Positions 25,158-38,450 of a stretch of DNA of 64,000 bases are shown one piece after another. The stretch lies in contig NC_042999.1 of the NCBI RefSeq assembly GCF_006345805.1, positions 8,928,001-8,992,000 on the forward strand, written 5' to 3'. The translations under genes were made by a program, and so were the position numbers. Each line of letters begins with the position of its first letter. Within the stretch, counting starts at the first letter, position 1. The notes under the pieces were generated by a model. That model saw only the letters and a list, made by a program, of their open reading frames with translations, was not told where the DNA came from and searched no databases. The DNA comes from Octopus sinensis (Eukaryota).

Positions 25158-25562
25158 ATTCTTTTACTTGTTTCAGTCATTTGACTGCAGTCATGCCGGA
25201 GCACCAACTTTAGTCGAACAAATCGATCCTAGGACTTATACATTCTAAGACTTAGTACTTATTCTATCGGTCTATTTTGCCGAACCGCTAAGTTACGGTG
25301 ACGTGAAGGCACCAGCATCGGTTGTCAAGCGATGTTGCGGGTACAAACGTAAACACACAAACATATACACACACATACATATATATACATATAAATATAT
25401 ATACGACGGGCTTCTTTAAGTTTCTGTCTACCAAATCCACTCACAAGGCTTTGGTCGGCCCGAGGCTATAGTAGAAGGCACTTGCCCAAGGTAACACGCA
25501 GTGGGACTGAAGCCGGAACCATATGGTTGGTAAGCAAGCTACTTACCACACAGTCACTCCTG
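25158..25562 (-). mobile_element. SINE family B
   Basis: Full-length match to other B copies. Confidence 0.9.
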
Positions 25563-25767
25563 ATATATATTAATAAATCGTATGCTATATACCTGTTTGT
25601 TGACGGTAAAGCGGGTTCACTGGCTCAGAGTTCATTGGGTATGTGATTAATGAGAGAGATAGAATACGGAAGATACAAGAATCTTTATTGATCATTACAG
25701 TCGTTTCGACCCATTTAGCATCAATCTCTCTCAGATGGGATACTATACAATTTGATTTTAATGAGAT

Positions 25768-25932
25768 ACCTCTTGAAATTACCTGAGGAGACACATATAC
25801 CCCGGAGTCGTTCCGTTACAGAGCTCGGTCCATATGTCTCTTATATATATATATATATACACCTCCTGAAATTACCTAAGGAGACACATACCCCAGAGTC
25901 GTTCCGTTACAAAGTGCGGTCCATATTGTCTC
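25768..25932. repeat. Direct duplication, period ~93 bp, including a (TA)n spacer
   Basis: ACCTC.TGAAATTACCT.AGGAGACACATA...GAGTCGTTCCGTTACA at 25768 and 25861. Confidence 0.85.
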
Positions 25933-26744
25933 GATTTATAAAACTGTTTTCGCAACAATTCTAAGTCTATAAATCTGATTTAATGCAAGATTCTCTAAAA
26001 TTACGACATTTATACACACATATACACAAGAACGCGTCCTAGCACACACAAGCACACAGACACACAGACACAGACACACTGATATTTGCTTATGATGGAG
26101 TTCCATAACTTTAATCCCTGTCTAACAGTGAGTCGACCAAAGTGAGCGTTGAGCGAACCAAGATGTATATCCTACAGAGGGACGCTAGTAACCCCAAGCG
26201 CTACGTGTTCAGGTCATCCGAGTTTATGACTGTATAGAATAGATTCAATGCTGCTGAAGTTAGCTTGGAGATAATTTATAGGAGAGTAATTCTATATGGC
26301 TAAGTGACTAAAACGTGATCCTGGGATACTGGATGTTAAAATATTCAGAGATTTAATGCTGCTGTTACTCTATGTGGATTTTATTGAAAACCCGACCAGA
26401 AAAATGGAAGCATCATCACAGAATAGGAAGATTATGAATGACAGATGCATTGACTGTATGGAATTTCTTTCGTTCTGAATTTTCCAAATGTAGCAGGGAC
26501 CTAAATGCGTGTGGTTTTGAATTTATTGGCCAGCCGAAGGTTAAATGAAAACCATGATATCGCGGTTTCTGAATTCGTCGATTCTGACTAAATTTTGCTG
26601 TTTCATTGTTGCCCAACCACTCACACATACACACATACATACACACGCACGCACATACACATACACACGCACACACACAGACATGTGAATACGCACAGAC
26701 GTTAACTGAAATGTGTACACATACATGTAAATAATGTGCTACAT

Positions 26745-27680
26745 GGCTCTAGTTTCATGCACTTGCGATGCTCAGGCGAGAACTTTTAAACTCCTTATAC
26801 TTGTTTCTTTATATATATTGTTGAAACTAACCAGTTGGTTTTGGACTGTTATTTTCTGTATTTCACGACTGGTTATCTTATTGCACTATTCTATTTTTTA
26901 TTGAATTTTGGAGGGGGGGTGAAGTGTTTGGATGTTTGTATTGTATTATTTAGTATTGTTATTTGTATTTGTATGAGGTGGGAGTTGCTCGTAGTGTTAT
27001 CTCGTGTTGGTGCTTCATTGATTCTTTTGTAAAGGAATACATTTTGGTGTCGGTAGCATGATAAGGCTTTCTTTCATTTCTCTTCTTTAATATAGGCTTC
27101 CTTTTTGTGAAGCACATACAACAGACTCCGAAATCACAGGGTAAAATCTATTACTTTCTTCTTTATATTTGCGGTTATATTGTTTCCATTTTACTTTTAG
27201 AAGTGTTTAGATAAACATGTCTTATGTCTTTCTTTTACAGTTGGAAATCTGTTTCGTTGTGTATATTTGTCATTTAAGGTTTCACTAATAGCACAGATGC
27301 AATTCTGTTAAGTTGGTTCTTTTTGTGATAGAATTGTTTTGGAGGTTACGTTTGGTTTTAGGCAGTTCGCACGAAACTAGCTAATTCTTGTTTTAGTGAA
27401 TTTGTATGTTGTTTCGGCTAAGTGTTGCGTGTTCCTTCGTATGTAGGCATTCAATGATTGCATATTATTTGCTACGATTTTATGATGCAGCATCTCTAAC
27501 GATTTTTTATTGAATACTTTATGGTATTTATATCCCATTGGCAGGTTTCTGCTTATTAATGCTACGAACGGTTCTGCTACGTTTCTCACTTTTACACCGA
27601 AGCAGTCGTCAACCGAGTTGTGCTTTACTGTCTGTTCGTTTTGTTGAATTAAAGACACGAATTGAAATTTACAAGAATCG
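26745..27680 (-). mobile_element. Penelope-like element 3' relic (Naiad-like): RT C-terminus/GIY-YIG plus degenerate hammerhead
   Basis: NVAEPFVALISRNLP...KYHKVFNKKSL...NNMQSL; HKTCLSKH; CCMCF; RHQN; downstream CCTGAGCATCGCAAGTGCATGAAACTAG. Confidence 0.7.
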
Positions 27681-27834
27681 AGCCACGAACAGTAAGTTCA
27701 AATCAGACAAGTAGCCGCTCACGACAATAAATATACGACGACAGATATAAGCAATCATATAAGCAATGACATACACACATACAGAGGCGCGCACCTACAC
27801 ACACACACACACACACACACATAGTACTAAACCG

Positions 27835-28222
27835 GTGGAAGCGCAATGGCCCAGTGGTTAGGGCAGCGGACTCGCGGTCGTAGGATCGCGGTTTCGATTC
27901 CCAGACCAGGCGTTGTGAGTGTTTATTGAGCGAAAACACCTAAAAAGCTCCACGAGGCTCCGGCAGGGGATGGTGGTGATCCCTGCTGTACTCTTTCACC
28001 ACAACTTTCTCTCACTCTTTCTTCCTGTTTCTGTTGTACCTGTATTTTCAAAGGGCCGGCCTTGTCACTCTCTGTGTCACGCTGAATATCCCCGAGAACT
28101 GCGTTAAGGGTACACGTGTCTGTGGAGTGCTCAGCCACATACACGTTAATTTCACGGGCAGGCTGTTCGGTTGATTCGGATCAACCGGAACCCTTGTCGT
28201 CGTAACCGACGGGATGCTTCCC
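27835..28222 (+). mobile_element. SINE family C, tail type 2, with TSD
   Basis: tRNA head; tail ...GTGTCTGTGGAGTGCTCAGCCAC...GTCGTCGTAACCGACGG; TSD AGTACTAAACCG at 27823 and 28223. Confidence 0.9.
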
Positions 28223-28455
28223 AGTACTAAACCGTATCTATTGAGGCATCGGATGGAAAACAACTTTCACCAAATACACAGAAGTACAGTAAACCATTGG
28301 ACCTTGCCTAAAACAGGATTCAACAAACACACCGCCACGCCATTTGCAAAAGATCATTCTCTCTGAGTATTAATATCAATACATGAGAGTGAAGGTTGTA
28401 TTGACTCTCTATTTGTAACAATAACAGAAAGAACACTGATGACCTGTAAGCAAAA

Positions 28456-28499
<44 letters not shown>

Positions 28500-28503
<4 letters not shown>

Positions 28504-28705
28504 ATCCAAACAAGAAAACACCAAAAAAAACCGCAACGCGAGGACGTGGAACAAATAAAGTATTATTGGACGCTCAGGAAAGAAGGGAAGAAGGAGGGTT
28601 TAACGTTTCGAGCGGAGCTCTTAGTCGGAAACATAGGAGAAGGAAAGATCCCGAGAAGGGAAGACAGAGGGAAAAAAATCGCTGGCGGTACTCACGAGGT
28701 CACAT
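28500..28705 (-). mobile_element. PLE pseudo-LTR-like fragment beside (TA)n, with hammerhead-like motif
   Basis: GTTT-CCGACTA-A-GAGC TCC GCTC-GAAA-CGTT-AAAC. Confidence 0.5.
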
Positions 28706-29387
28706 ATTTATATTCTGATATTTTGAATTATTTATTTGCAACGCAAACTCATTTCTAAATGTAAAAGAAAGACATATATATATATTCTGATATTCTGAAA
28801 TATTTATTTGCAACCCATGCATTTACCTAGACATCCTAATCTTCATGTTTGTATCAGGGATCTGTCATGGCTCTAAATGAGCTAGAAATTGTAAGAATGT
28901 ATTTAACGAAAAAATTAACCTGAGAAAGCATATGTACTTTAAATATTATTCTTCATTATTTCAAGCAGTACATTCATGATCCTATCTATACATTGTGCCA
29001 TCACAAGAGATATGGCGCACTGTATAGAACCACAAAAATCTCATTCTTAAACAAGTGATGATAGGAAAGATCATTGCATGAGAAAGAAATAAGGAAGACA
29101 CATGAAATTGGAAAAGATGAGAGAGATGTTCTGCTTTCAATGTTAAAAACGCGTTCTTGTTCCCAGACTTTTTTAGAGTACATGTGTCAATAGTGTTGGG
29201 GTCAGAAGTCGATAGATATGTGGTCGAAGTTATGGAAAGCTAAAATGGAGCGTTACGGATTTGGGGATTACCAGAACGTTGCATCGGAGAGCATTAAGAT
29301 ATTGTTAGAAGAAATCATCCGAGTAGCAGCTAATATATCAATAAAGATTGAATTACAGAAGAAGCATTTTATATAGTATATAATGTT

Positions 29388-29600
29388 GGTAGCAAAATTT
29401 GGCACAAGGCCAACAATGTCGTGAGGGGCGGGAGTGGGGTAATCGACTACATTAACCCCTAGTACTCATTTTATCGACCCCGAAAGGATGAAAGATAAAG
29501 TGGATCTCGGCGGAATTTGAACTCAGAATGCAAAGATGGATCAAATGCTGCCAAGCATTTTGCCCGACCTGCTAACCGACTTTGCCAGCTCACTACCTAA
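29388..29600 (-). mobile_element. SINE family A
   Basis: TTTATCGACCCCGAAAGGATGAAAG core, B-box, tail. Confidence 0.8.
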
Positions 29601-29620
29601 ATACAGTATATTGTGATACT

Positions 29621-29945
29621 GGTACTCCGTCGATTACGACGACGAGGGTTCCAGTTGATCCAGTCAACGTAACAGCTTGCTTCTGAAATTAATTTGCAAG
29701 TGGCTGAGCATTCCACAGACACACGTACTCTAAAAGGAGTTCTCCAGAAGATTCAGCGTGACACAGAGTGTGACAAGGTTGACCCTTTGAATTACAGATA
29801 CAATTCATTTTTGCCAGCTGAGTGGAGTGGACTGGAGCAACGTGAAATAAAGTGTCGCCGTGAAATAAAGGCTTCGCCGAGGATTAAATTCACGACCTTT
29901 CGATCGTCAGCCGGACGCCCTAACCACTGAGCCACGCTCCTTCAC
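29621..29945 (-). mobile_element. Chimeric SINE: family E head/CORE plus family C type-2 tail
   Basis: Head as at 54483-54815 (GGCTCAGTGGTTAG...ACTTTATTTCACGTTGCTCCAGT); tail as at 28040-28222. Confidence 0.8.
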
Positions 29946-30198
29946 AATATAGCATATAATATTGGAAGGATTACTGCTGAAAATTGTCGGTCACATAGAA
30001 AATGAACTGTGTAATGAGTCCGTATAGCATCCGTTGAAATAATTGAATTTTCTGAATTACGCAAGCACTTTTAATTAAACCTTACAAACCAAATAATTAA
30101 TAATTTGCATATATTTGCATGTATTTTTTTAAAATGCCAACGGCCTCCCTGAACACTGACGCAGCAGACATAGGACTTTTAATGGAATTCATTTAATA

Positions 30199-30328
30199 TA
30201 CAGGGTGTCTACAAAGTCTGGGTACATGGAATAAATAAAATCATAACATAAACAATTAAATATAAGAAATAATAATTTCTTGAAGTATGTGTTAATCCCC
30301 ATGTACCCAGACTTTGTGGACACCCTTA
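30199..30328. mobile_element. Tc1/mariner-type MITE (~130 bp)
   Basis: TA-CAGGGTGTCTACAAAGTCTGGGTACATGG / CCATGTACCCAGACTTTGTGGACACCCT-TA inverted ends. Confidence 0.85.
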
Positions 30329-30340
30329 GTTACAACTTTG

Positions 30341-30666
30341 TTGTTGTTGTTGTTGTTGTTAACTTGTTCCTTCTCGAGCCATACCTGGCTCATAAGGGCA
30401 GGTTTGCCGGTTTCATTGGCGTATAGGTTCCCCACCTGGACCGAAGGCCGGTCCGTCTCAAGTGAGCTGCTAGATGCAGGAGGAAAGAGTGAGAGAAAGT
30501 TGTGGCGTAAGAGTCAGCAGAAGGTCGCCATTACTTTCTACCGGAGTTGCATGGCGCTTGGGCGTTTCGCTCATGAACACACACATCTTCCGGTCTGAGA
30601 TTCGAACACGCGATCGTTCGACCGTGAGTCCGCTGCTCTAACCACTAGGCCATGTGCCTCCACTAT
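30341..30666 (-). mobile_element. SINE family D with (AAC)n tail and TSD
   Basis: TSD TTACAACTTTG at 30330 and 30667. Confidence 0.88.
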
Positions 30667-30920
30667 TTACAACTTTGGTGTTAGTTAATTCCCAGAGCGT
30701 TCATTTGAAAACACAATCCCAGGAAAATATATTCCTTCTTGTTACGTTGTACTTACGTTCATTTGGATTCTCTTTCAATCGTAGTAAACATCTGTGCTAG
30801 GTTGCAAATATTCTGTGAAGACATATAAGTTTAAATATAAATGTTTTATAACAGATTTTCAAATATGATTTATGTAAATTAATGAAAATGGAAACACCTT
30901 CATTATCAGTGTATTTACAT

Positions 30921-31092
30921 AAGGCGGGGTGCTGGCAGAGTTCTTAGCACGCCTTTACGTTCTGAGTTCAAATTCCGCCGAAGTCGACATGGCCTTTCAT
31001 TCTTTCGGGGTCGATTAAATAAGTAGCGTTGCGCATTGGGGTCGATCTAATCGACTTCATCCTTTTGTCTGTCCTTGTTTGTCCCCTCTATA
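30921..31092 (+). mobile_element. SINE family A, long form, internally deleted
   Basis: Head, B-box, core and partial tail. Confidence 0.8.
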
Positions 31093-31194
31093 GGCCACCA
31101 CAGTATAAGATATTCATGAGTTCTTGCTATCGAAACGAACCTGGAAAAAAGTATTTAAGCGAATAACTGCGATAATGACTGCTTAATTGGCTGC

Positions 31195-31730
31195 ACATTT
31201 TGGTACAAGGGTAGCAATTTCGGGGAAGGGGTTACACCGATTATATCGACCCCAGTACCCAACGGGTACTTATTTTATCGATCTGACGGGATGAACGGCA
31301 AAGTCAACCACAGCGAAATTTGAACTCAGTATAAACTTTTCTAGCCTAGGCACAAGGCCCTAAATTTTGTGGAGGGAGGGCCATTCGATTAGATCGACCT
31401 CAGTATGCAACAAGTACGTAATTTACCAACCAAGAAAATATGAAAGGCAAACTCAAACTCGGTGGAATTTGAACTCAGAATAAAGACGGACGAAATACTT
31501 ATTTCTTTACTACCCACAAGGGGCTTAACACAGAGAGGACAAACAAGGACAGACCAACGGATTAAGTCGATTATATCGACCCAGTGCGTAACTGGTACTT
31601 ATTTAATCGACCCCGAAAGGATGAAAGGCAAAGTTGACCTCGGCGGAATTTGAACTCAGAACGTAACGGCAGACGAAATACCGCTAAGCATTTCGCCCGG
31701 CGTGCTAACGTTTCTGCCAGCTTGCCACTT
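31195..31730 (-). mobile_element. SINE family A cluster: long form + headless short form dimer, plus a further partial copy
   Basis: Three core motifs; long-form tail GAAATAAGTATTTCGTC runs straight into a headless unit. Confidence 0.8.
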
Positions 31731-32114
31731 TACTGCACCTACATTTGAAAACAGTGTACTGTTGCTTAATTTATGGAGAGTAAACTAGCTTAACAACGTG
31801 ATTCTGTTGAATTCTTTGTTGTAGAACCTTTAAAAGAAATAGGGAGGAGGCATGTTATTGTTTGAGAGTATGCCTTGTTTTCATTGGTTGTTGGAGCCTA
31901 TTACATTTGGGACAAGTGACGTCAAATGCTATCAAGACTGTCTGCTTAAAGAAACTTCGCTATATATTTGTTTCTGCAACAGGTTCCCATACCAACCTCT
32001 CATTCTTTCTTAGTTAAATTCTATTGAGAATATCTGCAGATTCCACAAATAGATCTAACTATAGATTTGAACAAATAAGTGTAATATAATTGCCAGATCG
32101 AATCGTATTGTTAT

Positions 32115-34560
<2,446 letters not shown>

Positions 34561-34639
<79 letters not shown>

Positions 34640-34676
34640 TACTATTACTATTACTATTATTATTATTATTATTATT
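34561..34676. repeat. (TTG)n-(TTA)n-(TAC) compound microsatellite
   Basis: Simple repeat. Confidence 0.95.
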
Positions 34677-34846
34677 CAGTAGTTTTATTTTTATAGCGTG
34701 CTTTCACTTCACTACCGAGCGCAGCTCTGTGTGCCTTGGGTATGTGCTGTGATTTGTTGTGATGCTCTGATGGTTATTATATGGAAAGTGTTCTGCGTAG
34801 GATGTGTGCAGTGCCTAGTAGTGCAATTTTCTGTATGTTATATGTG

Positions 34847-34851
<5 letters not shown>
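34677..34851 (-). mobile_element. R4/Dong copy F: 175-bp 3' end nearly identical to copy E
   Basis: Matches 32220-32394 with 2 substitutions seen. Confidence 0.95.
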
Positions 34852-34878
<27 letters not shown>

Positions 34879-34908
34879 CATTATTATTGTTATTGTTATT
34901 ATTATTAT

Positions 34909-34985
34909 CTTTCAATTTTGCTTTCATTTCTTGTCGGGTGTCTTCCCAACACCTAGACCAAAGAGACTCGTTGCATACATTTTTA
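34909..34985 (-). mobile_element. Probable R4/Dong copy G: 3' UTR stub of another family
   Basis: GGTCTAGGTGTTGGGAAGACACCCGAC...AAAG followed by (TAA)n, same layout as the 3' UTR of copy B (GAGGTCTCTGGGTGAGACTTG). Confidence 0.5.
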
Positions 34986-35126
34986 GGCCATTAAAATAAA
35001 CACACCGCATTGCTCATTTAGAAAGTCATGTGATAGGAAAAAAGGGAAAGTCGGTTCCTTCAGATGGTGCGTTTTATGTAAATTTCCTTTCGCTCCCATC
35101 CGATGTGAGTGGCTAATTACAGTACA

Positions 35127-35997
35127 ATATTGATAATAAGGAGAAAGAAGAATTTCAACATTCAAACTTTATGTCTATTACCTCCGCCTTTGCTAAGGCG
35201 GAGGTATTGTTTTCAGTCGTGTTTGTTTGCTTGTTTGTCTGTCTGTGATCAAGATATCTCAAGAACCGCTGGATGGATTCGGATGAAATTTTCAGGGATG
35301 TTTGGCCACATGACTGGCACAAACTGATTAAGATTCTGGATTATTTTTTCCTGTCTTTTTACTTAATTTCGGGTTCATTGTCAATATTCTCGTTTGTGAG
35401 AGCAGTCGAGTTTACTTCAGTTATTCTCATTTTAAACACCATCTCTGCCTAATCGTTGAGAGGACGTGTTGCCTTGGCAGAGGTTTGTACTCTCTGAATG
35501 CTCTTGTTTACAATTGGTTTATTCACAATAATTGTCCGACACATGCTTCGATCGCATTAAATGCATATTTTTGTATATTTATATGCAGCGATTTATGCAT
35601 TATTAGTAATATCTCTTAAGGGTGTATAAATATAACATTGTTTGAAGAGGAATTTTCCTCCGATATTAATTTGAATTAGGCGTGGTAGCAGTAGTAGTAA
35701 ACCACGACGTTCTTCAGTGAACTGTTTTTAACAACTGATTGTTTGGATAAAATACAGCAGCAGCAGTGGTTGTTGAAGTAACAGCTCATCGATGAATGTC
35801 AGGCTTTACAACTACTGCTCTCTGAACGATGTCATATTTAGACACCCTGAAGAGATCGTACGAATAACGCATAAATATGCAACACTATGTTGTTAGTGCG
35901 ATCGAAACAGGTGTCGGACAATTATTATGAATAAACCAACTGTAAATAAACATAAAGTCTGAATGATCAAATTCTTCATTCTCCTTATTATCAATAT
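35127..35997. mobile_element. MITE/foldback element with long (~190 bp) imperfect TIRs; left TIR interrupted
   Basis: 35127-35179 plus 35509-~35650 is the reverse complement of ~35810-35997. Confidence 0.8.
35180..35508 (+). mobile_element. DINE-1/HINE-like non-autonomous Helentron
   Basis: 5' palindrome TACCTCCGCC-TTTGCTAA-GGCGGAGGTA, GTTT/GTCT microsatellite, 3' GCCTTGGCAGAGGTTTG.ACTCTCTGA.TGCTCTTGTT; TT insertion site without TSD. Confidence 0.85.
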
Positions 35998-36007
35998 ACA
36001 TACATAC

Positions 36008-36101
36008 TTCCTCTTATTCCTTTTTGCCCCTTGTGGAGCATAGGGCCTCAACAGTCGTTTTCCACATTTTGCTGTCATTGGCGTGTTTCTTGGCTGTGAA
36101 T
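36008..36101 (-). mobile_element. RTE-clade LINE 3'-terminal stub
   Basis: Minus strand AKKHANDSKMWKTTVEALCSTRGKKE* matches the RTE ORF2 end (A.DR..W...V.ALC); embedded in (TATG)n. Confidence 0.7.
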
Positions 36102-36906
36102 GCATACATAAATACATACATACATACATACATACATACATACATACATACATACATACATACATACACGCATACATACATACATACACACACGTATACA
36201 TACATACATACATACACATATACATACATACATACATACATACATACATACATGCATACGTACATACATACATACATACATACATACATACATACATACA
36301 TACATACATACATACATACATACATACATACATACATACATACATACATACATACATACATACATACATACATACATACATACATACATACATACATACA
36401 TACATACATACATACATACATACATACATACATACATACATACATACATACATACATACATACATACATACATACATACATACATACATACATACATACA
36501 TACATGCATACATACATGCATACATACATAAATACACACATACATACATACACACATACATACATACATATATACACACATACATACATACATATATACA
36601 TACACACATACATACATGCATACATACATAAATACACGCATACATACATACATACATACACACATACATACATACATACATACATACATACACACACATA
36701 CCTACATACATGCATACATACATACATACATACATACATACACACATACATACATACATACATACATACACATACATACATACATACATACATACATACA
36801 TACACACACATACATACATACATACATACATACACACATACATACATACATACACACATACATATATACATACATACACACATACATACATACATACATA
36901 CATACA

Positions 36907-36942
<36 letters not shown>

Positions 36943-36948
36943 TATATA
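36102..36948. repeat. ~850-bp (TACA)n microsatellite
   Basis: Simple repeat; source of the long spurious ORFs. Confidence 0.97.
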
Positions 36949-37885
36949 TGAGTACTTTGCTTTATATTGAAGGAATAAGTGTGAAGTGCTAAATACATTC
37001 AGAGGATATAAGTTTTTATTGAAACTAAAACAGAAATTTTGTTATACATACAAACATACATACATATTTACATAAAATATAGATTTACTTATACGTGTTT
37101 ATGAGAATATGAATGCATTACACGTGCGCGCCTGTGAGTGTGTGTGAATGTGTGTGTGTGTGTGTGTCTGTGTGAGTGTGAGTGTGAGAGAGAGAGAGAG
37201 TTTCTTTTCACTGAACAAAAATTTTTAATTCGTCATGGTTTTTGCAGATAATGGTTGTTCAGTGTATTATTACCAATAATGTTTTCATCGTTAACTCATA
37301 GGAAATGACAGTCTTGAAATCAATAGAGCGTTAGCTTTGAAATCACGATCGATTTTTAATGTGCACTGAAGTTCAAGGTTTATTTAATATAGAAATGGAA
37401 CAAATGTTTAACCCAGTACCGCCAATTTTGCATTTATTTCATCCCCGTTGACATTTGAAAATTAATTTTGATCTCGTCGTTCCCTTTAGTGTAGGGTGTT
37501 CAATCCGTAGATCATTAGCTGAGAGTATTGTCATGTTTGGCACGTTTCTCCAGCCAGAGAATGTTCAAAAGTAATGAGAGAGGCATATAAAAGGTTACAG
37601 TTCTGGTAGACTGAAGATTGTAAGATTTCGATTCCCCTTTGAAAAAATTACATTTGGCAGTCATAGATTGCAGACACTAAAATGTTTTGGGAGTTTAAAG
37701 AAACGATGAATGTGGTAGAAAGTCATATTGAATTTAACATTGTAACAGTCGACATACGTTGGCTTTTTAACTCTAAACTATATCAAGGCGACGTCTCATG
37801 TGTATAAAACTATATACATTAATAATGATACGGAGAAACATCTGTCAAGAGTAATGGAAGTATAGTGTTATATTATATATATATA

Positions 37886-38296
37886 GGGCGCAGGAGTGGC
37901 TGTGTGGTAAGTAGCTTGTTTACCAACCACACGGTTCCGGGTTCAGTCCCATTGCGTGGCAACATGGGCAAGTGTCTTCTACTATAGCCTCGGGCTGACC
38001 AATGCCTTGTGAGTGGATTTGGTAGACGGAAACTGAAAGAAGTCCGTCATATATATGTATATATATATATATGCGTGTGTGTGTTTGTGTGTCTGTGTTT
38101 GTCCCCCCAGCATTGCTTGACAACCGATGCTAGTGTGTTTATGTCCCCGTTACTAAGCGGTTCGGCAAAAAAGGTCGATAGAATAAATACTGGGCTTACA
38201 AAAGAATAAGTCCCGGGGTCGAGTTGCTCGATTAAAGGCGTGCTCCAGCATGGCCGCAGTCAAATACTGAAACAAATAAAAGAGTAAAAGAGTAAG
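37886..38296 (+). mobile_element. SINE family B, full length
   Basis: Near-consensus sequence. Confidence 0.92.
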
Positions 38297-38297
38297 A

Positions 38298-38448
<151 letters not shown>

Positions 38449-38450
38449 TT

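Noticed and set aside
35893-36998. Long ORFs of 180-344 aa (MYVC.../HTYI...), and similar ORFs at 17222, 19844-20545, 20676, 22532-23418
   Set aside because: Translations of stop-free (TACA)n, (TA)n, (CA)n and (CT)n microsatellites; no coding signal.
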